A stretch of DNA of 63,437 bases, the filler included, from Licmophora abbreviata (lineage: Eukaryota): NCBI GenBank assembly GCA_900291995.1. It is 12 parts of 12 records of this genome, joined end to end, with 100 filler letters (N's around TTAATTAATTAA, not from the genome) between each part and the next. Parts side by side here need not be neighbours in the genome. Positions count along the whole stretch, not along the records: positions 13,454 to 15,914 come from OLMU01003641.1; positions 16,015 to 18,962 come from OLMU01003642.1; positions 19,063 to 20,183 come from OLMU01003643.1; positions 20,284 to 24,820 come from OLMU01003644.1; positions 24,921 to 38,321 come from OLMU01003645.1; 7 more parts are not named here. The stretch is one strand, 5' to 3'. How positions within the stretch are numbered: position 1 is the first letter of the stretch; each line of letters starts with the position of its first letter. The notes under the pieces were generated by a model, which did not search any database, had not been told where the DNA came from, and was given only the letters and a program-made list of their open reading frames with translations. A program made the translations under genes and the position numbers. Shown here in pieces: positions 13,454-25,618 of the stretch.

Positions 13454-13733
13454 CTGAAGACTTAGACTGAGAACCTCCGGAGATGGCGGTCTGATGCGAC
13501 GGGAACCACTGATCTGCCACCATCTTGTACCATTTTCTGTCGTGCCTTTCATTGTGATCTATTGGTTCACTCAATAGAGGAGCAACACTCTGGGCTGGCG
13601 CGGTCTGCTTCTCTGGCGGGTCTTTCTGACCATCGAGCGCTACGTGGTAAATGACCCACGAACACAGGACTAGAATAGTCAAGTGGACCGTACTGCTTCG
13701 CCTCGATGACATTGTAGTTGAGGATGGCGGCAT
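13454..13733 (-). CDS. N-terminal part of a type II membrane protein (3' end lost in gap)
   Basis: ATG 13733, TM segment VHLTILVLCSWVIYHVAL, frame open to the gap. Confidence 0.45.
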
Positions 13734-14087
13734 GATCTGATATCTGATCGGTGGGAGAGCATGGGCGGCCGGATGTATAGTATGGCATATGGCATGCTGT
13801 GTGATGTGTAGGCATGAAAAAAGTGAGGGCGAAAAGTCATCATGATGACCCCACACCGCCGCATCCTTTTGTCAATCTGGCCCAATCGTTCTTGGCGTAA
13901 TGCGAGCTCGCGAGCTCCTTTTTAGCGAAGAACTATTTGAATTGCTTTCCGTGCCACACTCCAAAGGCGGGGAGCTACCCGGTTACCAGATACCTACAAC
14001 TACCGGTTTGTTGACACTCTAGACAGCAAAACTACATAAACATCCCTTTCGCAGAAAATCTCTGCGGACATTCTCAAACAATCTCAC

Positions 14088-15914
14088 TCAACATGGGGCT
14101 TGTTCTCCATTTGTTCGTCCTCTTCCGCGGAGCTTTACGAGCCCTTCTTCGATATCCCGTTTCTTTTCGTCCAGGTTCGCTTGGATGGTAACCATGGCAT
14201 TTTCACCTCGTTCCTCGTCGAACTCCCATCTCCTGTAAACAACATTTGCCGGAGGATCGCCAAGAACTCTTCGAAGAACGACTGATGCGTCATTGTCGTC
14301 ATCGATATCACGATGATAAAAAGGTGGAGCCGGTTCACCTTTTTTGTGGCACGGTGAACAGCAACCTTCAAAGCAAAAGATAAAGCCGTTCCTTCCACAG
14401 AAGCGTCTGCAGCCACAAGCTCGACAGACCGTGGAGTATTTCACGGGGCCATGGTAAGACTTCCAGGCCTCGAGCTGTTTGTTTCTCAGGACGGCATAGT
14501 CTGCATAGACCTACGGTACAAGACAGAGAACCGACAAGAATTAGCAACAACTTTACGCACCACATGAGGAAATGACGTGGGCCACCTACCTCTTTCATTT
14601 CTGTCGTGTTGAGCTCGTCGTCCTCATCGTACGGGATGTTTCGTTCGGGGTGCGTAAAATGGTAGCATGCCGTACAAGTCGGAAGGGGAACACAATATGG
14701 CTCGCAGCACACGTCGCGTTTGCGTCCCTCTGGATCGCCCTTTTGGGAAATATTTTTCTTCCAGTACTCGATGCACTTCTGCATGTCTTCTGGTGCGATC
14801 GGTCTTCCTTCAAAGTACGCCTGAAGAGCAATACTAGACACAAACGAGACTTCCTCTGGATCTGCTATGCCCGTGTACCTGTAGGAACAGAACAACATGT
14901 CGCATATCCTATGGAGAGACCATCGACAAGGAAGAACACACAGGTGAGACAACGCCACAGCCCACTGTGCGCACATTACTAAAGGCGAGCTCACCATTCG
15001 TCACACCACCACCCTCCTTTCGATATATGTATCATACAAAGCGATCAGCCGCAGGGAGTGAGAGATAGGATCCAGACTGGAGTACCACTGAAAGAACAAG
15101 ACAATGCATTCATTTGCACACTTTCACATACCGCAGTCACTCATGCGAGTACAAAGAGATCCATTGCACTGGCACCTCTGACGAGCGACGGTGCCGCCGT
15201 AGACGGGCCAAATGCAGCAGAGTTGGGAAGCGTCGCCCACGGGTACAGGCCGGAATCCGAAGGCGCCGCGATCGAACGGATGGGTGAGAATAGTATCAGC
15301 ATTCCAACTTCCACAACCAAGGAGACCCCATGGGCAACGAATGGTCGGTTGGTTTACTACGATTCGATTGGTATACCTAAGAGTTGCGTGAGTGCGTGAG
15401 CCGGAGTAGAGCACTGTAGTTAGCAACAAGGGCACAATCGTCTTTCGAAGGAGAACGCAGGCTGTGACATGCCAGACCACACGAATACTTACACTCTGTA
15501 AAATGACCTCGTAGAATACTCTTTCCGAGTCCACATGCACATCTCATCGCAAGTGCACTTTTTGAGGACTGCGCCTGCGCCATGGAATGCGGCAACTGCC
15601 ACCCAAAAGGCTGGAAATGAAAAGCAAACGACGTTGATCGGCCGACAGCATCGGTATCCATACCCTTGATCAAGATCAGCTTCATAAAGTATTGGTTCAA
15701 CGTTGCCAGCGAGGTGCTCTTCAATTTGCGTTGAGGGTAGTCCATCAATGTCATCCGGCACAGCGACAGAGCCGTTTCGAAAGTTTCCAAAGTAGCTGCG
15801 ATCGAAACAGAAGAAGGGGCAAACAGGAAACGTCAAAATATGATACCGAGAGATCACATCAGTGAACATTCTCTTCGAACGGCACCAACAGCAAGCGTGT
15901 GATCTCGAGTATTG
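14088..15914 (-). CDS. Multi-exon Cys-rich protein of unknown function (5' end in gap)
   Basis: ORF pieces 15489-15869, 15124-15540, 14368-14997 and 14088-14444 are linked by GT-AG introns. One example is GAG|gtaggt...ccgtag|GTC, giving MKE-VYADYAVLRNK. Confidence 0.65.
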
Positions 15915-16014
15915 NNNNNNNNNNNNNNNNNNNNNNNNNNNNNNNNNNNNNNNNNNNNTTAATTAATTAANNNNNNNNNNNNNNNNNNNNNNNNNNNNNN
16001 NNNNNNNNNNNNNN

Positions 16015-17128
16015 TTCCGAAGATACTGAAAGCGTTCTGCGCACACGAGATTCCACCGCCGGTTCTGAAAATGAGAAGCTGGGTGACGAGGAGAAGCGAG
16101 CGAACAGACAATCGAAAATAGGAAGTAGAACAACGAACTTCCACTCTACAGAAGACAAGGAGAATGAGGAGAAGGCATCGGCGTCGCTGATTCGGCTGTC
16201 ACGCCAAGCCCTCTATAATCGACGTGGCGATGGAGCATCGCATGTACGTGGCAATCAGATTCGGTTGCACATATACGATCTCATTCACGATGAGACCATT
16301 GTCGCTCTGCCGTTTGGGTGCCACTTTCCACTTGGTCAATGCTTCTCGGCCGTCAACAACAGCCTCCATGCTATGGGGACAGGTGCCTATCATTGTGGAC
16401 TCGAGGTAAGTGAAACGAAGGCTTCTTATGTTCGGTATTTGGTTGATGATCCTTGCTCAATGTGTTGTGTCGATGCGCAAGCACAGGTCAACGGCGTTGA
16501 GTACGCTTACGGAGCTAGCAGTATCGAAGGGGCCACTGGCGTCTTTTCCTGCATTCCGAAGCACTCACCCGGGTACCAATATCGCACTTCTCTCGACTTT
16601 GGTATTCGAGCAATCGTCCGAACTGCCTGGATCAAGTCGAAGTCAAGCTCGTCTGGCTATCGCGAAGCGAATGTTTTTGAGGACGGACGAAATATCATGC
16701 GGCAGATGGCATCAGAATATCGCGGTCTGGACTACGATTTGCTCCGAAAGAACTGTTGCACCTTTGCACGGGATGCATGCTTACGTCTTGGGATCAAAGA
16801 AAAAGAGATCCCGACGTGGTTCATGAATCTTTCCGATGCTGGGGCGGCAACGCAAGATGTGGCTATGATGGGTGTCACGCCTATTACCCACATTACCAGT
16901 ATGTTGTCGATGACTGAAAACGACGAAGAATACGAAGATGATATCGAAGAAGAGGAAACGGGCTTTGAGGTAATCGCCAAACAAAGGGTCGGAGATGTCA
17001 GCGATAAGATGACCATGGAAATTGTCAGGGTGGTGGACGCTTTGGACATTGAGCGACACTCGGGGATGAACGGCGGGGATACTGGCAGCCCAATCGCAAT
17101 GAGGCGCACCTGGAGTTGGACATACTGA
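16015..17128 (+). CDS. PPPDE/DeSI family cysteine peptidase (deubiquitinase/desumoylase), 5' partial; in-frame intron ~16406-16486
   Basis: LHIYDL, GAYHCGLEV, GVEYAYG and YDLLRKNCCTFA (His/Cys catalytic dyad). Confidence 0.88.
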
Positions 17129-17282
17129 AATCGTGATGAAGAAGCAGGCGGTTATTGAAAGTGCGGTTGTACCGCTGTTACAAGTCTTGCGAAAATAATA
17201 GCTCCTCTGTGCTTGTGAAATCAGAGCTGTTAGACTAGAACAAACTAGAAGTATAGTTTAAAAGTTATTGCTGTCTGTTCAG

Positions 17283-19964
17283 CTATGACATAGCGTCCAG
17301 CGCAAGCAGTATCTGGGCGAAAGTCGGTCGTGTAGTCGGGTTCTTGTCGAGGCACGATCGAATCAAGGCAGACAGTGCCAACGGGCACCACGCCGGGTAG
17401 GGGGCCTGAGATCTCGATTGAGAACAGCAAGGGCGCATTGAATAGCGCTCATGCCTTCATAGGGGCATTCTCCAGTCAACATTTCCCACATGATGATACC
17501 AAAGCTGAACACATCTGCTGGTTCGGCGTACGGCTGGTTCGCCAAGACTAAACGTTATACAATAGAAAGATGAATGATCAGTCAATGAACATCGAATCCA
17601 ACAGCGTTAGACCATCCTCTCCTTTCGGATAAATAAAAACTACTTACCTTCCGGTGCCATCCATTGCACAGTCCCGCAGTTCCCAGTCATGCTTCGTTCT
17701 TGGGCTTTGATTCGAGACAAACCAAAATCGCAAACTTTAGCTGTATAGCTCTCGTCAAGCAGAATATTCGCGGACTTGAGGTCCCGATGTAGAACTGGAG
17801 GTTTTCCGCTGTGAAGATACGTCATGCCCCGCGCGGCGCCACATGCAACACGCTTCACGAGAGCCCATGGCCACGTTCCTTTGGGAACAATCGGTGGTGG
17901 CCGGTTCACATGTGACGTCGGTGGTCCACCGGGTGATCGAGCAAACAACAGAGCAGGCCATGCTACTTGAGTTATTCCATCGGCAACCTGGAAGGGAGGG
18001 GATAGCGGGAGCCTCAGGGCGTCCCACAGCGATCCGTTGGCAGCAAGCTCGGTGATAATACAGCGGTTCGGTGGATCGAAGCATGCTCCCATATACAGGC
18101 AGATGTTTGGGTGTCTCATTCCCTACAAGAAAGAGCACGTTGGCAACGAAAGTTGCGATTGTTATGTGAGAACAAACGGCTTGCCTGATATCACAAAAAC
18201 AGTTCTCGATTCACAACTCACCTTGAGCATATTAATTTCCGAAGCAAATTCTTCCAGAATCGCTTTCGAAACGTTCTCCCTCTGTGCCGGCCCTGTCAAG
18301 ACTTTTACGGCAACAGGCGTTGATCGCCATATACCCTTCCAAACCTCTCCAAACCCACCACCACCAATCACCGACTGCAGCGTCACCTCAGAGAAGTCCA
18401 CAGATGACAACAAAGAGGCCTCAGCGTCGGTGCAGCTTGTAATATTCGTTCTTTTGTGAACAATATTTTTCCGTGGGTCAGCAGGATCAGACGCCTCAGA
18501 GCGTTCCATTGGCGGCGATTCCCGACGCGGAAGTCGACGAGAATCGACTGGTTCCGTCGTCAGGACCTTGGCGGGATGACGGATGCGCCCAGGATACGCG
18601 GCAGCCTGCGATTCCGAGTCAGGTTCCCATGGGGCTCCCGATTCCATCTTGACCAAATGGAGTTCTTCGAGAACTATGGACTCCGGGGGCGGTGGAGGCT
18701 TCGCTACGACGTCCGCTTCAACTGAAGGCACTTCCAAAATGGGAATGTAAGGAAATACTTTGACATTGTCATTTTGGGTCTGCACCGACTGCACAGGTGA
18801 CATGAGCGGCGGGCCCTGCAAGGCACGGCGTCCAGTCTCGGAATCCAGTGGGACTTTAACGATTGGTCTGATATTCCCGCGATGGGGTGTTACGTCGTCG
18901 GTTCCAGGAGTCAAGAGGCGGGAAGTGGTGTGCTGGACAGGAGGCGCCGGGCTCGGACCACGNNNNNNNNNNNNNNNNNNNNNNNNNNNNNNNNNNNNNN
19001 NNNNNNTTAATTAATTAANNNNNNNNNNNNNNNNNNNNNNNNNNNNNNNNNNNNNNNNNNNNCCCATTTCTTCATCGCCCTTTTCAAAAGAAGTGTTCTC
19101 GTCGCTCTTTCCGAGAGAGTTGAATGACGACGCTGGTGACAGAGGATGGACGTGCAGGGAAGGGGCCCATGGGCTTTTGGGTGTTGTATCTCCATAGGTG
19201 TTCTGCTCCTGGAATCCTTCCAGCCCCAGGCTGCCTAATCTTGGGGACGACGTGGGCGTGGGATCAGCCTCCGTTGCCCGTTTCGACCGAGAGGCGGGTA
19301 CAGGCGAGCGTTCTGAGCCATGGTGGCGTGCCGAAGACGGACTCTTGTAAGATGAAGGTCCTGTAGGCTCGACATGATAGTAGCTTCGATGCGTCAGTGT
19401 GCCGGCACGGTGCCGGTGCTCCGGGGGGACATTTCCGTAACGAGGTGAAAATGGATACTGGCCATTCCCAACCTGCATAATGTCTTCACTGTCTGCTCGA
19501 TATGCCCGATCTCCCTGCTCATCGTCACTCCAGGCGTCCTTCTTTTTCTTTTTCGTAGGAGGAGATCGCCGATGATGAGTATGCCGACGATATGTGTGTT
19601 TTCTTTCGGTTGATGATGAGTCCGTAATGAGGTGAAGAAAAATTGCAACCAGAATTCCCATGACGGCCAAAAATCCCATGGCCGTAATCTGCCACGGTCC
19701 TCCTTTCGAAGCTGGATGCGGAATACCGTCTCCACTGTTCGAAAATTCGTCGCCCTCCCTCAAAAACGGAGCACGTGTCAAGTGATGACCCGGCAGCACC
19801 GCAGCAGTTCTCGAGCGAACGTGCACGTTTGCCGCGTTTCGGATGTTATTATTCTTATTCTTGGCCAGAATCATGTCCTGTACTGACCGCATCTGGGGAT
19901 TCCCATGGACGTTTCCGTCGCCCAAGCCCGTAATGAAATGCGGCGTTCGAGGTCGTTTTCCCAT
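17283..19964 (-). CDS. TKL-group (Raf/MAP3K-like) protein kinase with N-terminal TM segment; spans the gap at 18963; two introns; frameshift near 17402
   Basis: IGGGGFGEVW, VAVK, HRDLKSAN, DFG, GTVQWMAPE and DVFSFG motifs. The C-terminus ...RPTFAQILLALDAMS* appears after a 1-nt shift. Linking ORF 19063-19964 across the gap is inferred. Confidence 0.85.
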
Positions 19965-20623
19965 TCTTCTGTTCTTGGCTCGCGGGAGTCACCGAAGAAT
20001 GGCCGAAACTGGGAGTAATCAAAATTGGCCCTTTTTTTGCTTCTCCGTTCATTCAGGCTTTTGTGGAAGTCGCTTTCGCGGCGGCAGATGGCGTCAATAA
20101 GGCTTCGGTGTCAACAGTCTCGTCCCACAAACACAACAAGCGATCATGGTGATTGAAACCAGGGGAGAAACTGAAGTGGCGACNNNNNNNNNNNNNNNNN
20201 NNNNNNNNNNNNNNNNNNNNNNNNNNNTTAATTAATTAANNNNNNNNNNNNNNNNNNNNNNNNNNNNNNNNNNNNNNNNNNNNTTCCGGCGAGGATTGAT
20301 TCATTCTGCAGGTTTCAAGTTGACGAGAGAGTGTCAACGGATCACTTAGACATTTTGATGGCTAAAACTGTCGCTTTTAGACAGGAAAGAGATGTTGGGT
20401 CGACTGATTCGAATCGGACGAATAGACTCGTGACTCAATTCTGTATTTAGGTACTCGTGACTTACGCGTGAACTAAGCACGAAAAAAATCGGAAAAAATG
20501 AACGAGCCGCGGCACGGGTGGCGAGAGAGGACGAGGGACGAGGGTGACTGTATTATGCACTCTCTCTATGGGTCAGACTCGGGGAGACTCAAGTAAGCGA
20601 GTATTCTGCTATGAGAGAGCACC

Positions 20624-22140
20624 ATGTCTACACATCGGAACGTACACTGCTCCGGTGGATGCTCGAAACTGAAGAAGGGGGTTACTACGACGACGACGAT
20701 GAGTTCATCGCTTTCGCCGCGGTCGCGACGTCGCCGAGTGGGTGCAAGATTGACGCCACTTATCATCCTACCCATTGTTGCAATTGCCGGCTATTACTTT
20801 TTTACTATGATACATGTCGCAAAGCTGAGGAGCACTGAACCGGCGGTAGTATCGTCGTCCAACCGTCACCAGACCTTATCGAAAGGAGCGGTGCCGCCGG
20901 CGGTATTCGAACGTGGTCGACAACACGAGGTCCGCGACACTTCGCAAGAGGCGACCGGAGACAAACTTCAAGAAACCCCCTCTGTCACCGTTTGTGTGAG
21001 CCGTGTAGGGCGGTCTCCATGGGATCTTGCATCACGATGATCAAACGCTACGCTCATATCGGAAATGTCAGCTTGGAAACGGCACAAAAGCTTGTAAGCA
21101 GTGAAATGGAACGATGTTCTGCCTGCGACCCAGACACATGCGGCTCAGAGACGATAACGACGGCGGATTGGTTTCCTTCGACACTTTACCATACGTGTGC
21201 TGATCAACCTTTCCCTGATCTCATGCTTGAAATATACCCCGAGCTGCGAGGGTTGCCAACACAACCGATTCACCAAAACTCCTTGCCTACTGTCATGACC
21301 AGTAGAGACTTTGTCTTCTTTGAGTTTGAGGGAAGATGTACAAAAGACTTTGGAGAACACAAGTTGACGCTCGAGTGGCTTCGAAGGCACTTTCCTGGTA
21401 CCACCGTCATTCTCAATGGCGAACCCTATCGGTTCAAGTCTTGGCAACGGGGATTTCACCTTGGCTATGGGAATGCTAACAATGTAACGAGTATGCTCGT
21501 GTACTTTTGCAGTATCTCCCTACTACGATACCCTCCAGAGGTACAGAAGCGTATCTTGGACCCCACGCAAAAGGCAGTCTCAACAAAAGAGCGATTTCTC
21601 ATCTACATCTCACGGAACTGTGTAGAATTTCGAGAGGTAGCGTTTCACCGTCTGTCTCAAATTGATACAGTCTATCACGGATCATCATGCAGTGGCATAG
21701 CGAACTCGACTGTGAGCATCCCAGAGGAGAGCCGTCCGGGCATCGACTGGAATAGAAACTATGAGATCGTTCAGCAGTATCGCTTTTGTCTCACTATGGA
21801 AAACGCCGATGAAAAGGGCTACATAACTGAAAAGATTCTTAACGGCTTCGCGGGCGGCTGCGTGCCGATTTTTTACGGAACAACCGAAATATTTTCAATA
21901 TTTAACCACAAGGCATTCATTTTCTATGATATTGATTATCCTGAACATGCCATTGGCCGAGTTAAGTATCTGAACCAAAACGAAACAGCGTACGAAGAAG
22001 TCATGGCGGAACCCATACTTGCCAATGGAAATCGAACAATTGAGGAGTCCTTTTCGCTTGCAGATGAGATTGGGGGAGGCGCGCTCAAGAACCGAATACG
22101 CAATATGATTGATATGGGACGCATGGAGTACGCTTCGTAG
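20624..22140 (+). CDS. Alpha-1,3-fucosyltransferase-like protein (GT10), type II membrane; frameshift near 20995
   Basis: GT10 motif YRFCLTMEN...GYITEKILN...GCVPIFYG. N-terminal TM in ORF 20624. Confidence 0.85.
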
Positions 22141-22372
22141 CCCATCTACAAACGCGAGAGTATCAGATACGGTGAAAATATATGTGCCGTGTGATCATGC
22201 TTCTTAACCCTTCGGGACATCTATCAAGGATAATGATCGCATACAAGTTTATCACTCTCGATTTTGGCCGCGCTATAATTTAGCTAATCCGTACCTTCAC
22301 AAAACTGGTTTGCAAGGAAGTACCTGATAATTTTGTTTAGCACGACGTGTACCAGTCGTTCTGGTTATTCTT

Positions 22373-24820
22373 CTAAAACATGAAGTACTTCTGAGCCAGA
22401 GGCAGTTCATCGAGTGGGGCGCAGGTGAGAAGCTCACCGTCGGCGGTGACCTGGTATGTTTCAGGATCAACCTTGATGTCCGGTGTTGCCGTGTTGAGTT
22501 TCATATCTTTCTTGGAAAGCCCCCGGCACTTACTGACGGGATAAAGTGTCTTAGTGAGGCCGTATTCGCTGGCAGCCTTCACGCCTACCTTAGAAACAAA
22601 CACCAACGAGCTCTTGGCAGCCGCCAGAGCTGAACGGCCAAGAAACTGCGGACGCATAAAGACAGGTTCTGGGGTCGGGATTGATGCATTGGGGTCCCCC
22701 ATCTGGGCCCAGGCGATATAACCACCTTTGATCACAAGTTCTGGTTTAGCACCGAAGAACGCGGGTCGCCATAAGCACAAATCAGCTAACTTGCCCCTTT
22801 CGACCGAGCCGATAATGTCCGAAAAGCCATGTGTAATGGCAGGGTTGATAGTGTACTTGGCAATGTAGCGCTTCGCTCGCTCATTGTCAACCGTGGCCAA
22901 GGGGCCGTCAACTCCGACCGTGTATTCGTACTTCTTGTCGGCATCTTCCTTAAGCTGCCCGCGTTGAAGCTTCATCTTGTGGGCAGTCTGCCAAGTGCGC
23001 GTGATGACCTCCCCGATTCTACCCATGGCTTGGGAGTCACTGGAGATTATGGAAATGGCCCCAGTATCATGCAAGATATCTTCAGCCGCAATGGTCTCGC
23101 CGCGGATACGAGACTCGGCAAAAGCCACATCTTCTTTCAGGCTTTTGTCAAGGTGGTGACATACCATAAGCTTGAATCGAGAGACAGATGCAGAAGTCAG
23201 AGAAACGCCCTCAGATAACTCTGCGAAACCTACAGCGCCAAGAAGACACATACCATATCCAAATGCTCGTCAATTGTGTTGCGCGTAAACGGCCTCGTCG
23301 GGTTGGTGGAGCTTGGCACGACGTTCAACTCGCCACAGACGCGAATGATATCTGGTGCGTGTCCTCCTCCAGCCCCTTCGGAGTGGTAGGTGTGAATAGT
23401 TCGTCCTTTGAATGCGGCGATGCTACCTTCACACATGGCGCTTTCGTTGAGCGTGTCCGTGTGAATGTTGACCTGAATATCATAGTCTTCGGCAATGGAC
23501 AAGCAAGTGTCGATAGTGGACGGCGTCGTGCCCCAGTCTTCATGAAGTTTCAATCCACAACAGGCTGCTTCGATTTGATCAATGAGTCCCTGAGGCTGCG
23601 ACGCGTTGCCTTTGCCAGTAAAACCAAAGTTCAGTGGCATGCCGTCGGTCGCTTGCATCATCATGCGAATGTGATTGGGAGACGGTGTGCATGTCGTCGC
23701 ACAGGTGCCCGTCGCGGGACCAGTGCCACCTCCCAGGAGAGTGGTCAGGCCCGCAGCAATCGCTTCATCGGCCAGCTGAGAGCAGATGTAGTGGACATGC
23801 GCATCAATGCCACCTGCCGTGAGAATCATGCCCTCTCCAGCGATGACTTCGGTGGTTACACCCACATAGAGGTCTGGGGATACGTTGTCCATCGTGTCGG
23901 GGTTTCCTGCTTTACCGATGCCAGAGATGAGACCATCCTTGAGTCCCACATCGGCCTTGTAGATTCCGGTGTAGTCGAGAATGGTTGCATTGGTAATCAC
24001 CGTGTCAAGTGCATCGGCCGCTCCCAAGCCCGACGCCTGTCCCAATCCATCACGCAGCACCTTTCCACCGCCGAACTTGACTTCGTCTCCGTATCCATTG
24101 CCATCCTTGCCTGCACACAAGTCATATTCGATTTCTACCACGAGACTCGTGTCGCCAAGGCGCACTCTATCACCAGTGGTGGGACCAAACGTGCGCGCAT
24201 AAATGTCCCTGCCCATGGTCGCCTGCTCCGCGGGACCAGCCTCTTGTGACTCGTGACAGAACCCCAAGGTGCTTAGCTTTTCGAGAAAGTCTGCAGGCGG
24301 CTCCCCAATCTCGATAGGACTCGTGCTACCGACGAGATTGTTTCCCCCGGAGATGATCTGCTTACCTCCAATGGGCACTAACGAAATTGTTTTCGTTTCG
24401 GAGGGTTCAAATCGTACCGCTGTCCCAGAACAGATATTCAGCCGCCTTCCATAGGCCAAAGCGCGGTCAAATTTCAAGTAAGGATTGGCTTCGACGAAGT
24501 GATAGTGACTTCCAATCTGAATGGGCCGATCGCCCATGTTCGTCGCCTGAATCGTAATGGCCTGCTTGTTTGCGTTCAACGTAATGACTGCTCCATCGGG
24601 CGTGAAGATGTGCCCCGGAGCAATTATAGCAGGGCTTTCAGTGGGCGGAAAGAGATCGTTGGGAGGAGTCGGAAGGAAGCTGCCGTACAAGGCGAGTTCC
24701 AAGTCGCCATAGTCTAGCGTCACTGGTGAGTGGACCGTGACTAGTTTGGTTCCATCCGGAAAGGTCGCTTCGACCTGAACTTCATGCAGAAGCTTTGGAA
24801 CTTCGGGCATGACATTGTGG
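22373..24820 (-). CDS. URE: Urease, eukaryotic single-chain type, 5' partial; intron 23171-23253
   Basis: [14 protein letters not shown] (gamma), [13 protein letters not shown] (beta), [30 protein letters not shown] and SSDSQAMGR (alpha). Confidence 0.97.
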
Positions 24821-25198
24821 NNNNNNNNNNNNNNNNNNNNNNNNNNNNNNNNNNNNNNNNNNNNTTAATTAATTAANNNNNNNNNNNNNNNNNNNNNNNN
24901 NNNNNNNNNNNNNNNNNNNNGATGAGACAAGGCGGCATCTCCAATCCAATGTCATTATAGACTAACGCGTCCTGGGTCTCCATTACCCCTGCTCAACCCA
25001 TGAAGCACACCACGGCTCTCCGTCAATGATTGCTGGTCGCAGCCTGTGGTTTCGCCGTCGATGTGCTCGCTCCCCTGAGTTCCTCACGATCGGGGATTTT
25101 CGTCGCGACCAAGGAAGCGAGCATCACCGCGCGCTGCGAATGACTTGTGACCCTCTAGATTTTCATTGGTCATGAGAGACGCATACAACGAGGCCATC

Positions 25199-25423
25199 TT
25201 CGATCGGAGTTGAACGAAAACAAAGTTTCCTTCGATCGGAGTTGAACGACCAAGTTTCCTTCGGTCGGAGATGAACTGTATTCAAGATTCTTTTGATCGG
25301 AGAGGAACCAAAACCAAGATTCCTTTGCTCGGAGATGAACTGTAGCCAAGAATCTTTTGATCGGAGAGGAACCATTACCAAGTTTCCTTTGTTCGGAGAA
25401 ACTGTAACCAAGATTCCTTCGAT
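25199..25423. repeat. Imperfect tandem array of about 7 units of 29-32 bp
   Basis: Units start at 25199, 25231, 25260, 25292, 25324, 25356 and 25388. Consensus TTYGNTCGGAGWNGAACnnnnnCAAGWTTCY. Confidence 0.9.
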
Positions 25424-25618
25424 TATCATGTTGATCAACGGTGAAGACCTGGATGGGAAAGGGGCACAGATGCCGCGTCCCTTATTTGCTCCACTCCTCG
25501 ACGGCAAACCCGTCGGAGTACGGGAATTTGTCCGAAGTTTGCCTGTATCGGCTCAAGGAAACACCACAGAGGTGCACACAAATCAAAATCTTGTGGTACG
25601 ACGAGTCCAAATTTAAGT

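Noticed and set aside
23188..24249. 353-aa ORF on the + strand
   Set aside because: Antisense shadow of urease with no motifs. The same applies to the antisense ORFs over PP1, Hip, FCP1 and the repeat proteins.
24921..25140. Missing urease gamma-domain exon or TPP riboswitch
   Set aside because: I found no MxLxPRE-like translation and no CUGAGA/ACCUGAU core.
25199..25423. CRISPR array
   Set aside because: Units are head-to-tail with only ~5 variable bases and no unique 25-45 nt spacers. There are no cas genes and the context is eukaryotic.
25163..25616. ORFs 25163-25507 and 25293-25616
   Set aside because: They run through the non-triplet tandem array and promoter region and show no protein-like features.
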